From positions 1 through 64,000 of the IMG/VR virus record IMGVR_UViG_3300042302_000394: a DNA stretch of 64,000 bases; one strand, written 5' to 3'. The notes under the pieces were generated by a model. It searched no databases. It worked only from the letters and a program-made list of their open reading frames with translations, and had not been told where the DNA came from. The position numbers and the translations under genes were made by a program. Within the stretch, counting starts at the first letter, position 1; each line of letters begins with the position of its first letter. Below are positions 41,560 through 50,890 of the stretch, one piece after another.

Positions 41560-42776
41560 TTGTATACCTTTAGGATAACAGTATCTTCACTGAACCGGCC
41601 GTTGAGTTGAGTCTCTGTAGTTTTAACACTCTTAGCAAACCAAGTCTCAAAACGCTTCTGTGTATTCTGCTCTTTGAACTCTTTGATCTGCTCTGGCGGC
41701 TTACGCAGGGTCTTCTGAACACTCTTGTCAGTAAAGCCAGTTAGTGTGGTGCCTTTTACACCAAGTCCAACACTGCTGGTAGCAATGTAGTAACCGATCT
41801 TACGAGTCTTTACATTGAACACTGCTACACCACTTGCACCAATAATAGTAGCAGGCGGAGCACTGGTAATGCCAAGTTTAGTGTCGCTCAACATGAACTT
41901 GAGTTTAGCAACAATCTGTTCTGCAGGCTTGACCTTGGCAGCACGAGGCTTCTTCATAACCTTCTGTTCAGCCGCAATCTGCTCACATGCAGCCATAATG
42001 CTTTCGTAGAACTCGATCAGCTTCTTGACATTCTTACGTGGCAGGTGCTTGTAACCCTCACGAAGTTGCTCATCTGCGTTACCGCTAGCCAACTCCATCA
42101 GTTCATCGTGACCTCGCTGGAAGTAACCTTTGATGATACGACTGTGAGCTGCCTTGGCACCCTTGCCTTTGAGCAAGTTCACAACCTTAATGTCTTTAGG
42201 GTTAAACGCTTCTGGGTCTACGATAAAGCTGTCAATGGCTGCATCAATTTCCTCACTCATACCACCTGCGGCTTCACGCAGACGATCTTGAATAGTAGGA
42301 ACATATACATCAGCAGTCTTTACACTTTTAACAGAGTCGTCGCTCTCAACTTCGTCATCCGCACCTTGCTCGATTACTTTGGAAATTTCTTTGCCCAACC
42401 AAGTTGCAGTGTCACGCCCATTGTTAAACCCTGAATGAGTTGATGGCATACCTCGGAGCAAGCAAGCGGCTACTGCACCCATAGTAGTACCACAGCGGCT
42501 GTCTTTAGTATCTTTAAATGCTTTAATAGTAGACTTGTCGTAGCCGTTAGCACCCATCCAGTTAATAACTGAGGGCTTCAATTCTTTAGCAGACTTCTCC
42601 AAACGATACCAAGCCATTGCACCATGGAAGTGACGCATGAATTGATTGTCGCTCCACGATTCTGCACCATCCCACTTTGGGCTATAGTCGCGCTTGGCAT
42701 TCTCACGGATGCTTACGCTAGTGATCTTTTCTTTTTTAACTTTGGGTTTAATCTTAATGCCTGCGACTGTAGCCAT
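41556..42776 (-). CDS. 406-aa early protein of unknown function
   Basis: Long ORF with own sigma70 promoter and AAGGAG SD. Confidence 0.7.
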   Translation of the reverse strand: MATVAGIKIKPKVKKEKITSVSIRENAKRDYSPKWDGAESWSDNQFMRHFHGAMAWYRLEKSAKELKPSVINWMGANGYDKSTIKAFKDTKDSRCGTTMGAVAACLLRGMPSTHSGFNNGRDTATWLGKEISKVIEQGADDEVESDDSVKSVKTADVYVPTIQDRLREAAGGMSEEIDAAIDSFIVDPEAFNPKDIKVVNLLKGKGAKAAHSRIIKGYFQRGHDELMELASGNADEQLREGYKHLPRKNVKKLIEFYESIMAACEQIAAEQKVMKKPRAAKVKPAEQIVAKLKFMLSDTKLGITSAPPATIIGASGVAVFNVKTRKIGYYIATSSVGLGVKGTTLTGFTDKSVQKTLRKPPEQIKEFKEQNTQKRFETWFAKSVKTTETQLNGRFSEDTVILKVYK

Positions 42777-42807
42777 TTTGTGCTCCTTGCTGTTTCAGTA
42801 TAGTTAT

Positions 42808-42836
42808 ATTATACAGCCAGAACGGCTGTAAGTCAA
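42808..42836 (-). promoter_or_regulatory. Sigma70-type promoter with inverted repeat in spacer; -35 contains the upstream stop
   Basis: TTGACT, 17 nt, TATAAT; TACAGCC-N5-GGCTGTA. Confidence 0.75.
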
Positions 42837-43111
42837 GAGTCGGTAATACCAGTTTTGTCCAAATATTCCGAGTATTTCAACAGGAACATAGTACGCTTTG
42901 GCTCGTTGTAAAAGTCCAAATAGATTGACTCTTTTAGATACTTATGTCCAAAATCTGGATCCATCTTCCATACCCTGTGGGTTCTGCTAGTAAAACCTAA
43001 AACCGATTTCATCTTATTTCGAATTAGTAATACACTAGGCGGGTAATCCTGAGCTATTTGATTATAGATTTTAAGCCATTGTGCCTCGGACAACACTATA
43101 GATCTGCTCAT
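42833..43111 (-). CDS. Hypothetical protein (FxL[KR][WY] family)
   Basis: LDFYNE...MFLLKYS. Confidence 0.6.
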   Translation of the reverse strand: MSRSIVLSEAQWLKIYNQIAQDYPPSVLLIRNKMKSVLGFTSRTHRVWKMDPDFGHKYLKESIYLDFYNEPKRTMFLLKYSEYLDKTGITDS

Positions 43112-43650
43112 TAGAACTCATTATTTTGATCCACGACTATCCAACCAAGTCGTTTTAGGTCTTCTTGAATTTCGGCAGTGACAACACTTTCCGGAACATA
43201 CCCGTTTGGGAAGGCTATGTTTATTTTTGGATCATAATTGTTGTCGTTTCGAATGCCACTACAATACCAATCGATGTAGTCTCCTTCTTGTAGCATATCT
43301 GCCACAATTCCACCAGCACGTCTCCAAGAAGCGCCCCAAGTTTGATTCTTGAGAATGGGCATAACGTCTAACTTTTGGAAGTCATTGTTGCAGATTGCGG
43401 CGTAGAGATTTTGAGCATATACATCACTTGTCCGTACCTTTTCCAAAATCCATTCAGTACTACGGAGATCGTACTCCATGTTATCCTTTTGCCATTCTGG
43501 ATCAACCATATTTTCTTCATCCTGTTGTCGTGCAGATTTGTAAAGATTAAGGTAATCTTCACTCGGCACTTTACCTTCTTCTTCACAGCGTTTTATATAC
43601 CCTTCGGCTTGAAAAGTATGTCGTTCAGGACTGCTTGAAACTTTAGTCAT
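43111..43650 (-). CDS. Hypothetical protein
   Basis: YAQNLYAAICNN...SWRRAGGIVAD...DWYCSG. Confidence 0.65.
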   Translation of the reverse strand: MTKVSSSPERHTFQAEGYIKRCEEEGKVPSEDYLNLYKSARQQDEENMVDPEWQKDNMEYDLRSTEWILEKVRTSDVYAQNLYAAICNNDFQKLDVMPILKNQTWGASWRRAGGIVADMLQEGDYIDWYCSGIRNDNNYDPKINIAFPNGYVPESVVTAEIQEDLKRLGWIVVDQNNEF

Positions 43651-43901
43651 TGCAGATTTCGTTTGTCAGCTTCACCGAAGTCCTCGGCAAACATGCGGAG
43701 TTCTTCATCGCTAAGTTCATCAATAGGGACTGCTTTGTCGAACAATTCTCCACTTTGGATCAGTTGTCCAATTTCAGCCATCAACTCATCGAGCTCTTCC
43801 TGGGAACCTTCAAAGCTGTCGAAACAGCCAGGTGCAAATACAACTTTGAGCTCTTTGCGCTCTTCTGGAGTCATATCTTGAGGAGTTTTCTTTTCAGTCA
43901 T
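43647..43901 (-). CDS. Acidic hypothetical protein
   Basis: FAPGCFDSFEGSQEELD. Confidence 0.6.
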   Translation of the reverse strand: MTEKKTPQDMTPEERKELKVVFAPGCFDSFEGSQEELDELMAEIGQLIQSGELFDKAVPIDELSDEELRMFAEDFGEADKRNLQ

Positions 43902-44049
43902 TATTTTCTTTCGGAGTTAAGGGTCGATTGTTACAATAAAAACATTCACGGTCGTTACAAATATCTTCTAACCATTCATTGCAGGTTTCGCAATAGTGAG
44001 CATCATACTCTTTCGAGTACGATTTTATGCAATCAAGTCCACAGGCCAT
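43894..44049 (-). CDS. Small Cys-rich protein (51 aa)
   Basis: Manual translation MACGLDC...YDAHYCETCNEWLEDICNDRECFYCNNRP. Confidence 0.55.
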   Translation of the reverse strand: MACGLDCIKSYSKEYDAHYCETCNEWLEDICNDRECFYCNNRPLTPKENND

Positions 44050-44884
44050 GACGCACCTTGATAAGACGGATCATCATTTCTTCATCTTCGGCTTCGTATG
44101 CCTGCTCAATTTCGTGAGTCTTCATAAGAGCAGCATCGCCTAAGGCACGAGTTTCTGGATTAGCACTTTCTTTCATAAAGCTAAGTCCAGTCTCGCCGTG
44201 TTCTTTGCGCTTGAGTTCACAGTACTCACTCCACCCGCCGGCATCGTGTGCGTCAGGACGGTTTGGATAAACATCTTTCCACCAACGATATAGGTCAAGA
44301 ACTTCCTGTGCCTTAACAGCCTGCGGAGTTGGCTTACCAATATTTGGATCACCTTCGGCCCAGCCACTATCTGTATCGTGGCGGAGACTTCGTTGCCAAT
44401 CCAGATTGTCGAGTCCAGCTTGTGGACAACGCCAGGTTCTCCAACGGAACCAACCAGTTGCCCAGAATGGGGGATTATACTTAACACTGTCTGCCTTATC
44501 TGCCCAAGCAATTTGCCACCAAGCTAATTCGACTTCAACAAAGTCGACCAGCTCATTAAAAAGACAAGGAAGGAAACGATTACCAACATCACACCACTGA
44601 CCGGGTTTAATGTCTTTAGGGTGTGCAGTGAGACTATGAGTACGAGTAACCCACCGGTTATTAACATAATACTTGATATCATAAATCTTCCTAACGGGCC
44701 AAGTGACAAAGTCTTGGAGGTGGCCGAGTGCTTCTTCCGCTAGCCAGTAACGGAAATTGTGTTTCATTTGAGCCGCAGTTGTCCAGTCGTCCCATTGTTC
44801 AGCTGTACCGGCACTAAGTTTCTTAGTACCACGAAGCCAATCTGCAAAAGGACTGCAACTCCAATATTTCGAGTGTTGTGCCAT
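44033..44884 (-). CDS. Trp-rich hypothetical protein (start MAQHSKY)
   Basis: LFNELVDFVEVE; C-terminal LIKVRHGLWT. Confidence 0.65.
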   Translation of the reverse strand: MAQHSKYWSCSPFADWLRGTKKLSAGTAEQWDDWTTAAQMKHNFRYWLAEEALGHLQDFVTWPVRKIYDIKYYVNNRWVTRTHSLTAHPKDIKPGQWCDVGNRFLPCLFNELVDFVEVELAWWQIAWADKADSVKYNPPFWATGWFRWRTWRCPQAGLDNLDWQRSLRHDTDSGWAEGDPNIGKPTPQAVKAQEVLDLYRWWKDVYPNRPDAHDAGGWSEYCELKRKEHGETGLSFMKESANPETRALGDAALMKTHEIEQAYEAEDEEMMIRLIKVRHGLWT

Positions 44885-44885
44885 T

Positions 44886-45572
44886 TTAGTCTTTCTTTTC
44901 GCCAAACAGTTGTAGTAGGCTTAGGAACAAGTTAATAAAATTCAAATACAAGCTCAGTGCTCCGCGAATTTCGGCAACACCATCATTTTCCATTGATACC
45001 TCTTCACGAATACGCTGTGTGTCGTAGGCAGTTAATCCAAGGAACACTAGAATAGCAATGGCCGAAATGACCATTTGAAATACTGTGCTACCAACAAAAA
45101 TATTGATAACGCTGGCAATAATAATGGCAATCAATCCAATTAACAATAGTGATCCAAATCCACTAAGATCCTTTTTAGTAAAGTACCCGTATCCACTCAT
45201 AACACCAAATAGGATCGCACCTCCCATAAAGGCCGATACAATACTGCCCATGTTGTACACCACAAAAATTGTAGCAAAACTAAGCCCCATGAGTGCTGAA
45301 AATATATACAAAAATATCTGTGAGCCCGTTTTACTAAACTTTTCACTGGCTACACTAAATGCCAAAATCAGTAAAAGAGGTGCAAAAATTACTATCCATT
45401 TCATAATACCAGTGAAGAAAAAGGCCATCAATGCTGCATTAGCACTGACCTGATAGCTAGTAAACATTGAAATCAATACCGCAATTGCCATGTGCCCATA
45501 GACCCGACCCATTGCAGAATTGATCTGCTCTGCGTTTCTATAGACACTATTTTCATAAGTTGTCGAATACAT
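44886..45572 (-). CDS. Bax inhibitor-1 / YccA family membrane protein
   Basis: About 7 TM helices; YFTKKDLS, TAYDTQRI, ALSLYLNFINLFL. Confidence 0.9.
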   Translation of the reverse strand: MYSTTYENSVYRNAEQINSAMGRVYGHMAIAVLISMFTSYQVSANAALMAFFFTGIMKWIVIFAPLLLILAFSVASEKFSKTGSQIFLYIFSALMGLSFATIFVVYNMGSIVSAFMGGAILFGVMSGYGYFTKKDLSGFGSLLLIGLIAIIIASVINIFVGSTVFQMVISAIAILVFLGLTAYDTQRIREEVSMENDGVAEIRGALSLYLNFINLFLSLLQLFGEKKD

Positions 45573-45586
45573 ATATATAATCTCCT

Positions 45587-45826
45587 TTAACCTCTAATGG
45601 TTATTTGTGTTTTATTTACAACGGGACCGTCGCTAACGAAGTCTAATCCAGCCATCTTGCCTTCATAAACTTTACCGTTCCATCTCATTGGCATCTTGAT
45701 GCTTTTATTTAATACAACAGTTAGCCGATCTTTATCTTTAAATTCATAGACGGTAGCATCCACTAACTTACTAGTATTTGCCTGCCGCACTTTACATGTT
45801 TCACTATGCCTAATTATATCTGCCAT
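45587..45826 (-). CDS. Hypothetical protein
   Basis: ATG 6 nt after TATAAT. Confidence 0.6.
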   Translation of the reverse strand: MADIIRHSETCKVRQANTSKLVDATVYEFKDKDRLTVVLNKSIKMPMRWNGKVYEGKMAGLDFVSDGPVVNKTQITIRG

Positions 45827-45832
45827 ACGACT

Positions 45833-45861
45833 ATTATATAGTAGATTGTACCAAAAGTCAA
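45833..45861 (-). promoter_or_regulatory. Sigma70-type promoter; -35 contains the upstream stop
   Basis: TTGACT, 17 nt, TATAAT, 6 nt, ATG. Confidence 0.72.
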
Positions 45862-46229
45862 TTGGTTTTGGTAATAAACGGAGTTAATTCTGGAGGCGTC
45901 CAGCCCAAAGGTTTAAGCACTTTTCCATCCTCGCGCTTACGCACCTTGCCTGTTTCTTTGTCAATTTTGGCAAAATTAGTTCTCATGACTTCTTTCCATG
46001 CACCCTCTGCATCTGCGCCCATGCTGTGTAATGCTCCTATTGTAACAACTAAAATATCGACTAGTGCATCGACGGTTTCGACTTTATCGTGTTGGCCTAC
46101 AGCTTCGCCTAATTCTCTACACTCTTCTTCTATTAGCGTCATGTAAAGGTTAAATTGATCTTCGTTAAAGTTATCAACGGTCTGGTCGCAGGCTCGCATA
46201 AACTTTTCCATATCTCTAAAAACATTCAT
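45858..46229 (-). CDS. MazG/PRA-PH-like nucleotide pyrophosphohydrolase
   Basis: LIEEECREL...DALVDILVV...VMRTNFAK...REDGKVLKP..W. Confidence 0.85.
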   Translation of the reverse strand: MNVFRDMEKFMRACDQTVDNFNEDQFNLYMTLIEEECRELGEAVGQHDKVETVDALVDILVVTIGALHSMGADAEGAWKEVMRTNFAKIDKETGKVRKREDGKVLKPLGWTPPELTPFITKTN

Positions 46230-46309
46230 ATTTGGTCCTTTTGTTTTTTATTTTTTCTATTTTGAGCAGCTAGTCTCATTTTTTCTTTAGTTTCGTCGGA
46301 ATGTGTTTG
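46226..46309 (-). pseudogene. Remnant of a NUMOD3-type homing-endonuclease C-terminus
   Basis: Frame reads QTHSDETKEKMRLAAQNRKNKKQKDQI*, with its TGA overlapping the next ATG; no in-frame start upstream of the motif. Confidence 0.5.
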
Positions 46310-47063
46310 TCATATATTCCTTGTTGTAAATTAAATTTTTAATACTTTGAGATCTACTCTTAGAACTCTTTTCCCCTAACACTGCTACTGCAAACATAGT
46401 ATCATTGTGCTTGACCAACATTACTAAGCATCTACCTGCTTTGCTGGTAAAGCCAGTTTTACTAATCAACACATTATAGTTTGTAATATCAGGATTAGTG
46501 TTTCTTACCTGTAATGTTACAGTCTTGTTCCTGTTATTGTCAAACTCTACTTTCTCATTTTCAGCCGATGAAATCTGTGTGATTAGCGTGTATCTACGCA
46601 ACCACCATACAAAATTTACTAGATCATTAGCTGTACTAACATTTCCGGCGCCTATACCACTAGCATCTTCAATACGAGTATTTTTTAGACCGATGTCGCT
46701 TATATGTTCATTGACATAGTTTATAAAGGCAGCGTAGCCACCAGGATGAGCATGTGCTAAACTGTCAGCGGCCCGATTATCGCTGGCGATCAGCATGGCC
46801 TTGATAAGTTCTATTCGGAGAACCTTGGTCTTATTTGGAAATCGTCCTGTTGTAGATCCTTTGACAACGATTGATTCGTTGAGATCAACTCCACTGTCAA
46901 TTACTGCCATTGCTGTAAATAGTTTAGTAACACTGGCAATTGGTACTACTTGATCTTCTCTAACCGCAGCCTCCATTACTGCATCGGTAAAATTATATAG
47001 TGCGGCAGTTGTGGCACCTGCGTTTAGAGAGCAGAACAGAAGAAGGATAGTTAGGATTTTCAT
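46287..47063 (-). CDS. Secreted D-Ala-D-Ala carboxy/endopeptidase (peptidase S11, PBP7-like; start MKILTILL)
   Basis: Signal peptide; SVTK (SxxK), SDN (SxN), KTG; AGRCL. Confidence 0.88.
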   Translation of the reverse strand: MKILTILLLFCSLNAGATTAALYNFTDAVMEAAVREDQVVPIASVTKLFTAMAVIDSGVDLNESIVVKGSTTGRFPNKTKVLRIELIKAMLIASDNRAADSLAHAHPGGYAAFINYVNEHISDIGLKNTRIEDASGIGAGNVSTANDLVNFVWWLRRYTLITQISSAENEKVEFDNNRNKTVTLQVRNTNPDITNYNVLISKTGFTSKAGRCLVMLVKHNDTMFAVAVLGEKSSKSRSQSIKNLIYNKEYMTNTFRRN

Positions 47064-47067
47064 ACAT

Positions 47068-47361
47068 TTATTTAACTTGTCCCCAACGAAGATAAAACTC
47101 GGATAACTTCTTTGCTTCAAGTTCCGCCATAATAATATACCTATATCCCATCCACATTGAATCCATATGTCTATGCCATTCTGGTTTATCTACAGCGTGT
47201 TTGAATACAAACTGCCCTGCTTCACTACGTTCCCAATCAAACATAGGCCCAGCAGCATATATGTCAGGATCGTCGACATCGGCAAGATTAAACTTATGCA
47301 CAACAACCTTGTGAATCTTTTTCACAACATCGCCTTCTACAGTATATCTTACTGAGCCCAT
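47068..47361 (-). CDS. Hypothetical protein (FxLRW family)
   Basis: DVDDPDIYAA...EFYLRWG. Confidence 0.6.
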   Translation of the reverse strand: MGSVRYTVEGDVVKKIHKVVVHKFNLADVDDPDIYAAGPMFDWERSEAGQFVFKHAVDKPEWHRHMDSMWMGYRYIIMAELEAKKLSEFYLRWGQVK

Positions 47362-47678
47362 GATAGATGAAATACAGTTATAAATTTTTCAGCATCACTG
47401 CGATTTTTAAAATCCCACATGTCCCAAGACATTCGCTTACAGTTGGGCCAATCTTTTAATTTTTCTTCTGTCCATCTAACACAGTTGTCTAGATTTATTG
47501 AATGAAGATGGTCGTTTACAAATTCCTCTGCCTCGGACGAACCCCAGTCTTCTACAAGTTGTAGCCGCCACCATCTTACACCGGTACCTGTTCCATCACA
47601 ATTAAGTTTAGGTTTAATCACAGAAAGTTTTTTGCTCCACTGAAATATCACCGCCTGCAAATCATCAAGTGCGCTCAT
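47349..47678 (-). CDS. Hypothetical protein (FxLxW family)
   Basis: WDFKNRSDAEKF...FHLSW. Confidence 0.6.
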   Translation of the reverse strand: MSALDDLQAVIFQWSKKLSVIKPKLNCDGTGTGVRWWRLQLVEDWGSSEAEEFVNDHLHSINLDNCVRWTEEKLKDWPNCKRMSWDMWDFKNRSDAEKFITVFHLSWAQ

Positions 47679-48130
47679 GCCTTCTTCTTTTTAAAGTACC
47701 GACGCTTTGGTTTATTGTCTTTTAGATTTAAAGGAGCGTGTTCCATCTCCATTTGACTCTTCTGTAGAGCCGCATGTATTTCTTCCGTGCTAGGCCCTTC
47801 TTCTTCCTCAGATGAGTCAAGACTGGGATGATCATCAAATGCAAAACCAACAGTACTGGCAAATTTAATAGTAGATTCAAAATTACCAAGGTTTCTTAAA
47901 GACCCCACCGGACCTTTTTCGTCTTGACTAATGTTATGCCACGTTCGAATCTCAAGAATAGGTTCAATGTGTGAAGGTACTTCGATAATATAGTGATCAC
48001 CGACAGAGTACCCTGCTTCACTTAGGTCAATTACTTTAATAACCTTGCCCTGAACAGGCTTGGTATTGCTTCGGTTAATGCCATATATCCATACTGTATC
48101 ACCTACTGCATATTGTTTTTTAACTGTCAT
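47675..48130 (-). CDS. Hypothetical protein with SH3/KOW-like N-terminus
   Basis: YAVGDTVWI...GKVIKVI. Confidence 0.55.
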   Translation of the reverse strand: MTVKKQYAVGDTVWIYGINRSNTKPVQGKVIKVIDLSEAGYSVGDHYIIEVPSHIEPILEIRTWHNISQDEKGPVGSLRNLGNFESTIKFASTVGFAFDDHPSLDSSEEEEGPSTEEIHAALQKSQMEMEHAPLNLKDNKPKRRYFKKKKA

Positions 48131-48293
48131 GTTTTTCCTTAACGCTTACGTTACCTTTAGACTCTAACATGTCCTTAATGAACTTGATAGCTTTTCTATC
48201 GGTATCGTAAACGTATTCTGCGTCCTCGTCATCGGTCCGCAAAGTTACTACAACACCGTTTTTTACCTTACGGATCTCGATTGACTCAAACAT
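48120..48293 (-). CDS. Small hypothetical protein (57 aa)
   Basis: Manual translation MFESIEIRKVKNGVVV...; AGGT SD. Confidence 0.55.
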   Translation of the reverse strand: MFESIEIRKVKNGVVVTLRTDDEDAEYVYDTDRKAIKFIKDMLESKGNVSVKEKHDS

Positions 48294-48305
48294 AAATTCA
48301 CCTTT

Positions 48306-49037
48306 TTATTTAGGAACACTTAAATTGTAATTGAAGTGAAAGATTCCAATATGAGCTGTTTCACGACTCAACTCTTGATCACACCAGATCTCGTAACCTG
48401 CTTTTTGTGCCTGTTGACAGAAGAAGATATCTTCACCGATTTCCAAATTAAGTTCTGGAATAAACTCTTGCAAGTAATGAGGCTGTGGGATTTTTTCATA
48501 TACTTCACGCTTGCAAAGTACTAGACCGTGTGGTAGAACATCGATCAGTTCCATTGCTGGACTATTATCTGTAGTTTGGAATTCACGGAAGTTTCCGCTA
48601 GATCCAACCATACCTGTGAAGTTTGCATTAGGGAAACGACGACGACGATAGTTAGCACCCACAATGTCTTTGTTCCGCTTGAGTAAACGAATAGGAGCAT
48701 CGATTGGGAATTTCATGTCACTGTCAACCCACCAGATATAATCAAAGTCACTCTTTAAGAAGATGTCAACTAGGTTACGACGAGCAATAGTAATAACACT
48801 ACCGATATTAAATGCACAATTAATCTTAATACCGTGTGCTACTAGATTAGCAGCCGACATAGCAAGATGTTGTGCAAACTCTGCATTGACCATTTCCATT
48901 GCTGGAACAGCAATCATAATTGATGGCGGTTTACCTCCTGGCTGCGTTGGCATCGCAGTGGTAGTTGGTGCTGTCGGAGCTGCCGGGCGAGCCAAGTTAG
49001 TCGGGCGGCTTGGAATGTTTAATTTACCTTTTTTCAT
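48306..49037 (-). CDS. GT-A fold glycosyltransferase-like protein
   Basis: ARRNLV...WWVDSDM (DxD), GEDIFFC, terminal H. Confidence 0.75.
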   Translation of the reverse strand: MKKGKLNIPSRPTNLARPAAPTAPTTTAMPTQPGGKPPSIMIAVPAMEMVNAEFAQHLAMSAANLVAHGIKINCAFNIGSVITIARRNLVDIFLKSDFDYIWWVDSDMKFPIDAPIRLLKRNKDIVGANYRRRRFPNANFTGMVGSSGNFREFQTTDNSPAMELIDVLPHGLVLCKREVYEKIPQPHYLQEFIPELNLEIGEDIFFCQQAQKAGYEIWCDQELSRETAHIGIFHFNYNLSVPK

Positions 49038-49049
49038 TTTTATCCTTAA

Positions 49050-49748
49050 TTATCTAGGTGCGAACTCTTGTTGTAATTTGATGTTATCAAAAAATTCTTT
49101 CTTTGTAGCTGGATCATCTCTAAATGATCCTTTGAGCACAGTTGTTTGAGTTAATGAACTATGCGCCATGATGCCACGATTCTCACAGCACCCGTGTACT
49201 GCTTGAATGTAGACTGCTACGTTTTCTGAGGCAGTAGCTTTACTAATTTCTCGGGCAATGTCGTTGCAAAGTTCCTCCTGGAGAGTCCCGCGACGAGCAC
49301 ACCACTGAGCAATACGAGTGTACTTGCTAAGACCAATAAGTTTTTCTGCGGCGATGATGCCAATGTAAGCGACACCGCTAACGGGCTGATGATGATGACT
49401 GCACATAGAGCGCAACTCACTACGTACCACCAGCATACCTTCGTATCGGTCTTCTGAATCGTTTGGAAATGCTGTTGCGTCTGGTGCTGCTTCATATCTT
49501 CCTGCCATTATTTCATTGTAGTACATCTTGGCCAGTCTACGTGCTGTGCCTTTGCTGTTGGGGTCGGTTTCACGATCGATCAACAGTGAATCTAACACTT
49601 TTTCAAAGGCCTCTGTTGCTTCGTCAATAAGTTCAGGCATAACATTGTTGTCGACATAGTCGCTGATGTTGTCGCCTGCCCAGAAGCGTTTGTTATCTTG
49701 TTTCATTCGATCGCGGATAACTTGCGATAGATTTTTACTTGTATCCAT
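49050..49748 (-). CDS. folE: GTP cyclohydrolase I
   Basis: TARRLAKMY, SMCSHH, GLSK..RI, LQE, HGC...RG. Confidence 0.95.
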   Translation of the reverse strand: MDTSKNLSQVIRDRMKQDNKRFWAGDNISDYVDNNVMPELIDEATEAFEKVLDSLLIDRETDPNSKGTARRLAKMYYNEIMAGRYEAAPDATAFPNDSEDRYEGMLVVRSELRSMCSHHHQPVSGVAYIGIIAAEKLIGLSKYTRIAQWCARRGTLQEELCNDIAREISKATASENVAVYIQAVHGCCENRGIMAHSSLTQTTVLKGSFRDDPATKKEFFDNIKLQQEFAPR

Positions 49749-49797
49749 TTATTCTCCGAGTTATTGTCGTGGATGACTTGTATATTATAATACATTA

Positions 49798-50610
49798 TTA
49801 TTTAGGTTCAGTCAAGCGTAGTATTAGATTTTTCTTAACTGCGGAGTCCAAAACATTCATTTGCACACCTTGTTGTTCTGCGTATTTTAATAGAGCAGAA
49901 GTATCTTTTGGAAAGCACATACCGCCAAATCCGAACTCGCCGTCGGGTCCTGGCACCTTCATATGACTATTGCCAATACGACTATCCATTGTAATCATAC
50001 TGGCAATCTTATTATAATCTTGCCCTGTTTTAGTAGCAAGGGCATATAACTCATTCATAAACGTAACCTTAGTCGATAGGAATGAATTGATAGCATATTT
50101 GCTCAGTGCGGCTTCTTGGATAGTGCAATGCTGTACCTGTTCTAATGCAGTTTGCCCAAGCCGAATAATGCGTTCTGCATCACGCTGATATGCACCTACG
50201 CTACCGCCGATAATGGCAAACTTGCCATTTATATAATCTCTCTCAGCATTGGCAGCAGTTAGAAACTCCGGAGCATGAACTAGATTAGGGTACTGATCAT
50301 TTAGAGTTTGGTACACACTAGGTGGTGCAGTACACTTACTGATAATAACGCCTTTGTAATCTTTAAGTTTTTCTAAGACGTACTCTAATATACTGGCATC
50401 GCATTTGCCATCGTCTCCCATTGGAGTAGGTACGCAGACAAACACGCCTTCGCAGTCGGCGAGATCTTTAAATGTGTGTGAACCTTTTGTTGTATCTTTA
50501 TCAACTAGTATAAGGTCAGTTGAGATTTCCATTGATCTAGCAATGGCACTGCCCACAAATCCTAGGCCCACAATGCCTATTTTTGGGTTATTTGAAAAAG
50601 GGAAATTCAT
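49798..50610 (-). CDS. UDP-glucose/GDP-mannose dehydrogenase family protein (short; lacks C-terminal domain; likely start MNFPF)
   Basis: GLGFVG, CVPTP, PEFL, GFGGMCFPKD. Confidence 0.88.
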   Translation of the reverse strand: MNFPFSNNPKIGIVGLGFVGSAIARSMEISTDLILVDKDTTKGSHTFKDLADCEGVFVCVPTPMGDDGKCDASILEYVLEKLKDYKGVIISKCTAPPSVYQTLNDQYPNLVHAPEFLTAANAERDYINGKFAIIGGSVGAYQRDAERIIRLGQTALEQVQHCTIQEAALSKYAINSFLSTKVTFMNELYALATKTGQDYNKIASMITMDSRIGNSHMKVPGPDGEFGFGGMCFPKDTSALLKYAEQQGVQMNVLDSAVKKNLILRLTEPK

Positions 50611-50627
50611 AATATATGTATTTAATG

Positions 50628-50855
50628 TCATTCACTGAGCCCCATAAAAATAAGTTCACGCTCTGTAACATTGGCAACAGGTTTGAGCCAACCGTGACGA
50701 ATACATTCATTGATAATCATCTTGTATTCTTTTGGACAACTTTGATTGATCTCAAATCCTGCTCGAGGTGCCTGCATCAATCCGTCGTAGATTACGAATT
50801 TAGGATCGCTCTGTTTGAGAGTGCGTATTTGACTTTTGTATAGAGTGTATGTCAT
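50628..50855 (-). CDS. Hypothetical protein
   Basis: ATG 6 nt after TATACT. Confidence 0.6.
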   Translation of the reverse strand: MTYTLYKSQIRTLKQSDPKFVIYDGLMQAPRAGFEINQSCPKEYKMIINECIRHGWLKPVANVTERELIFMGLSE

Positions 50856-50861
50856 ACTGCT

Positions 50862-50890
50862 AGTATAGCAGTATTAACATTGCATGTCAA
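50862..50890 (-). promoter_or_regulatory. Sigma70-type promoter; -35 contains the upstream stop; inverted repeat over -10 and start codon
   Basis: TTGACA, 17 nt, TATACT, 6 nt, ATG; ATACTGCTA/TAGCAGTAT (50854-74). Confidence 0.72.

Noticed and set aside
37571-49748. Asserting 7-deazaguanine-modified genomic DNA
   Set aside because: folE, queD-like and queC-like genes are present, but queE and the DpdA transglycosylase are not in this window, so the end product cannot be determined.
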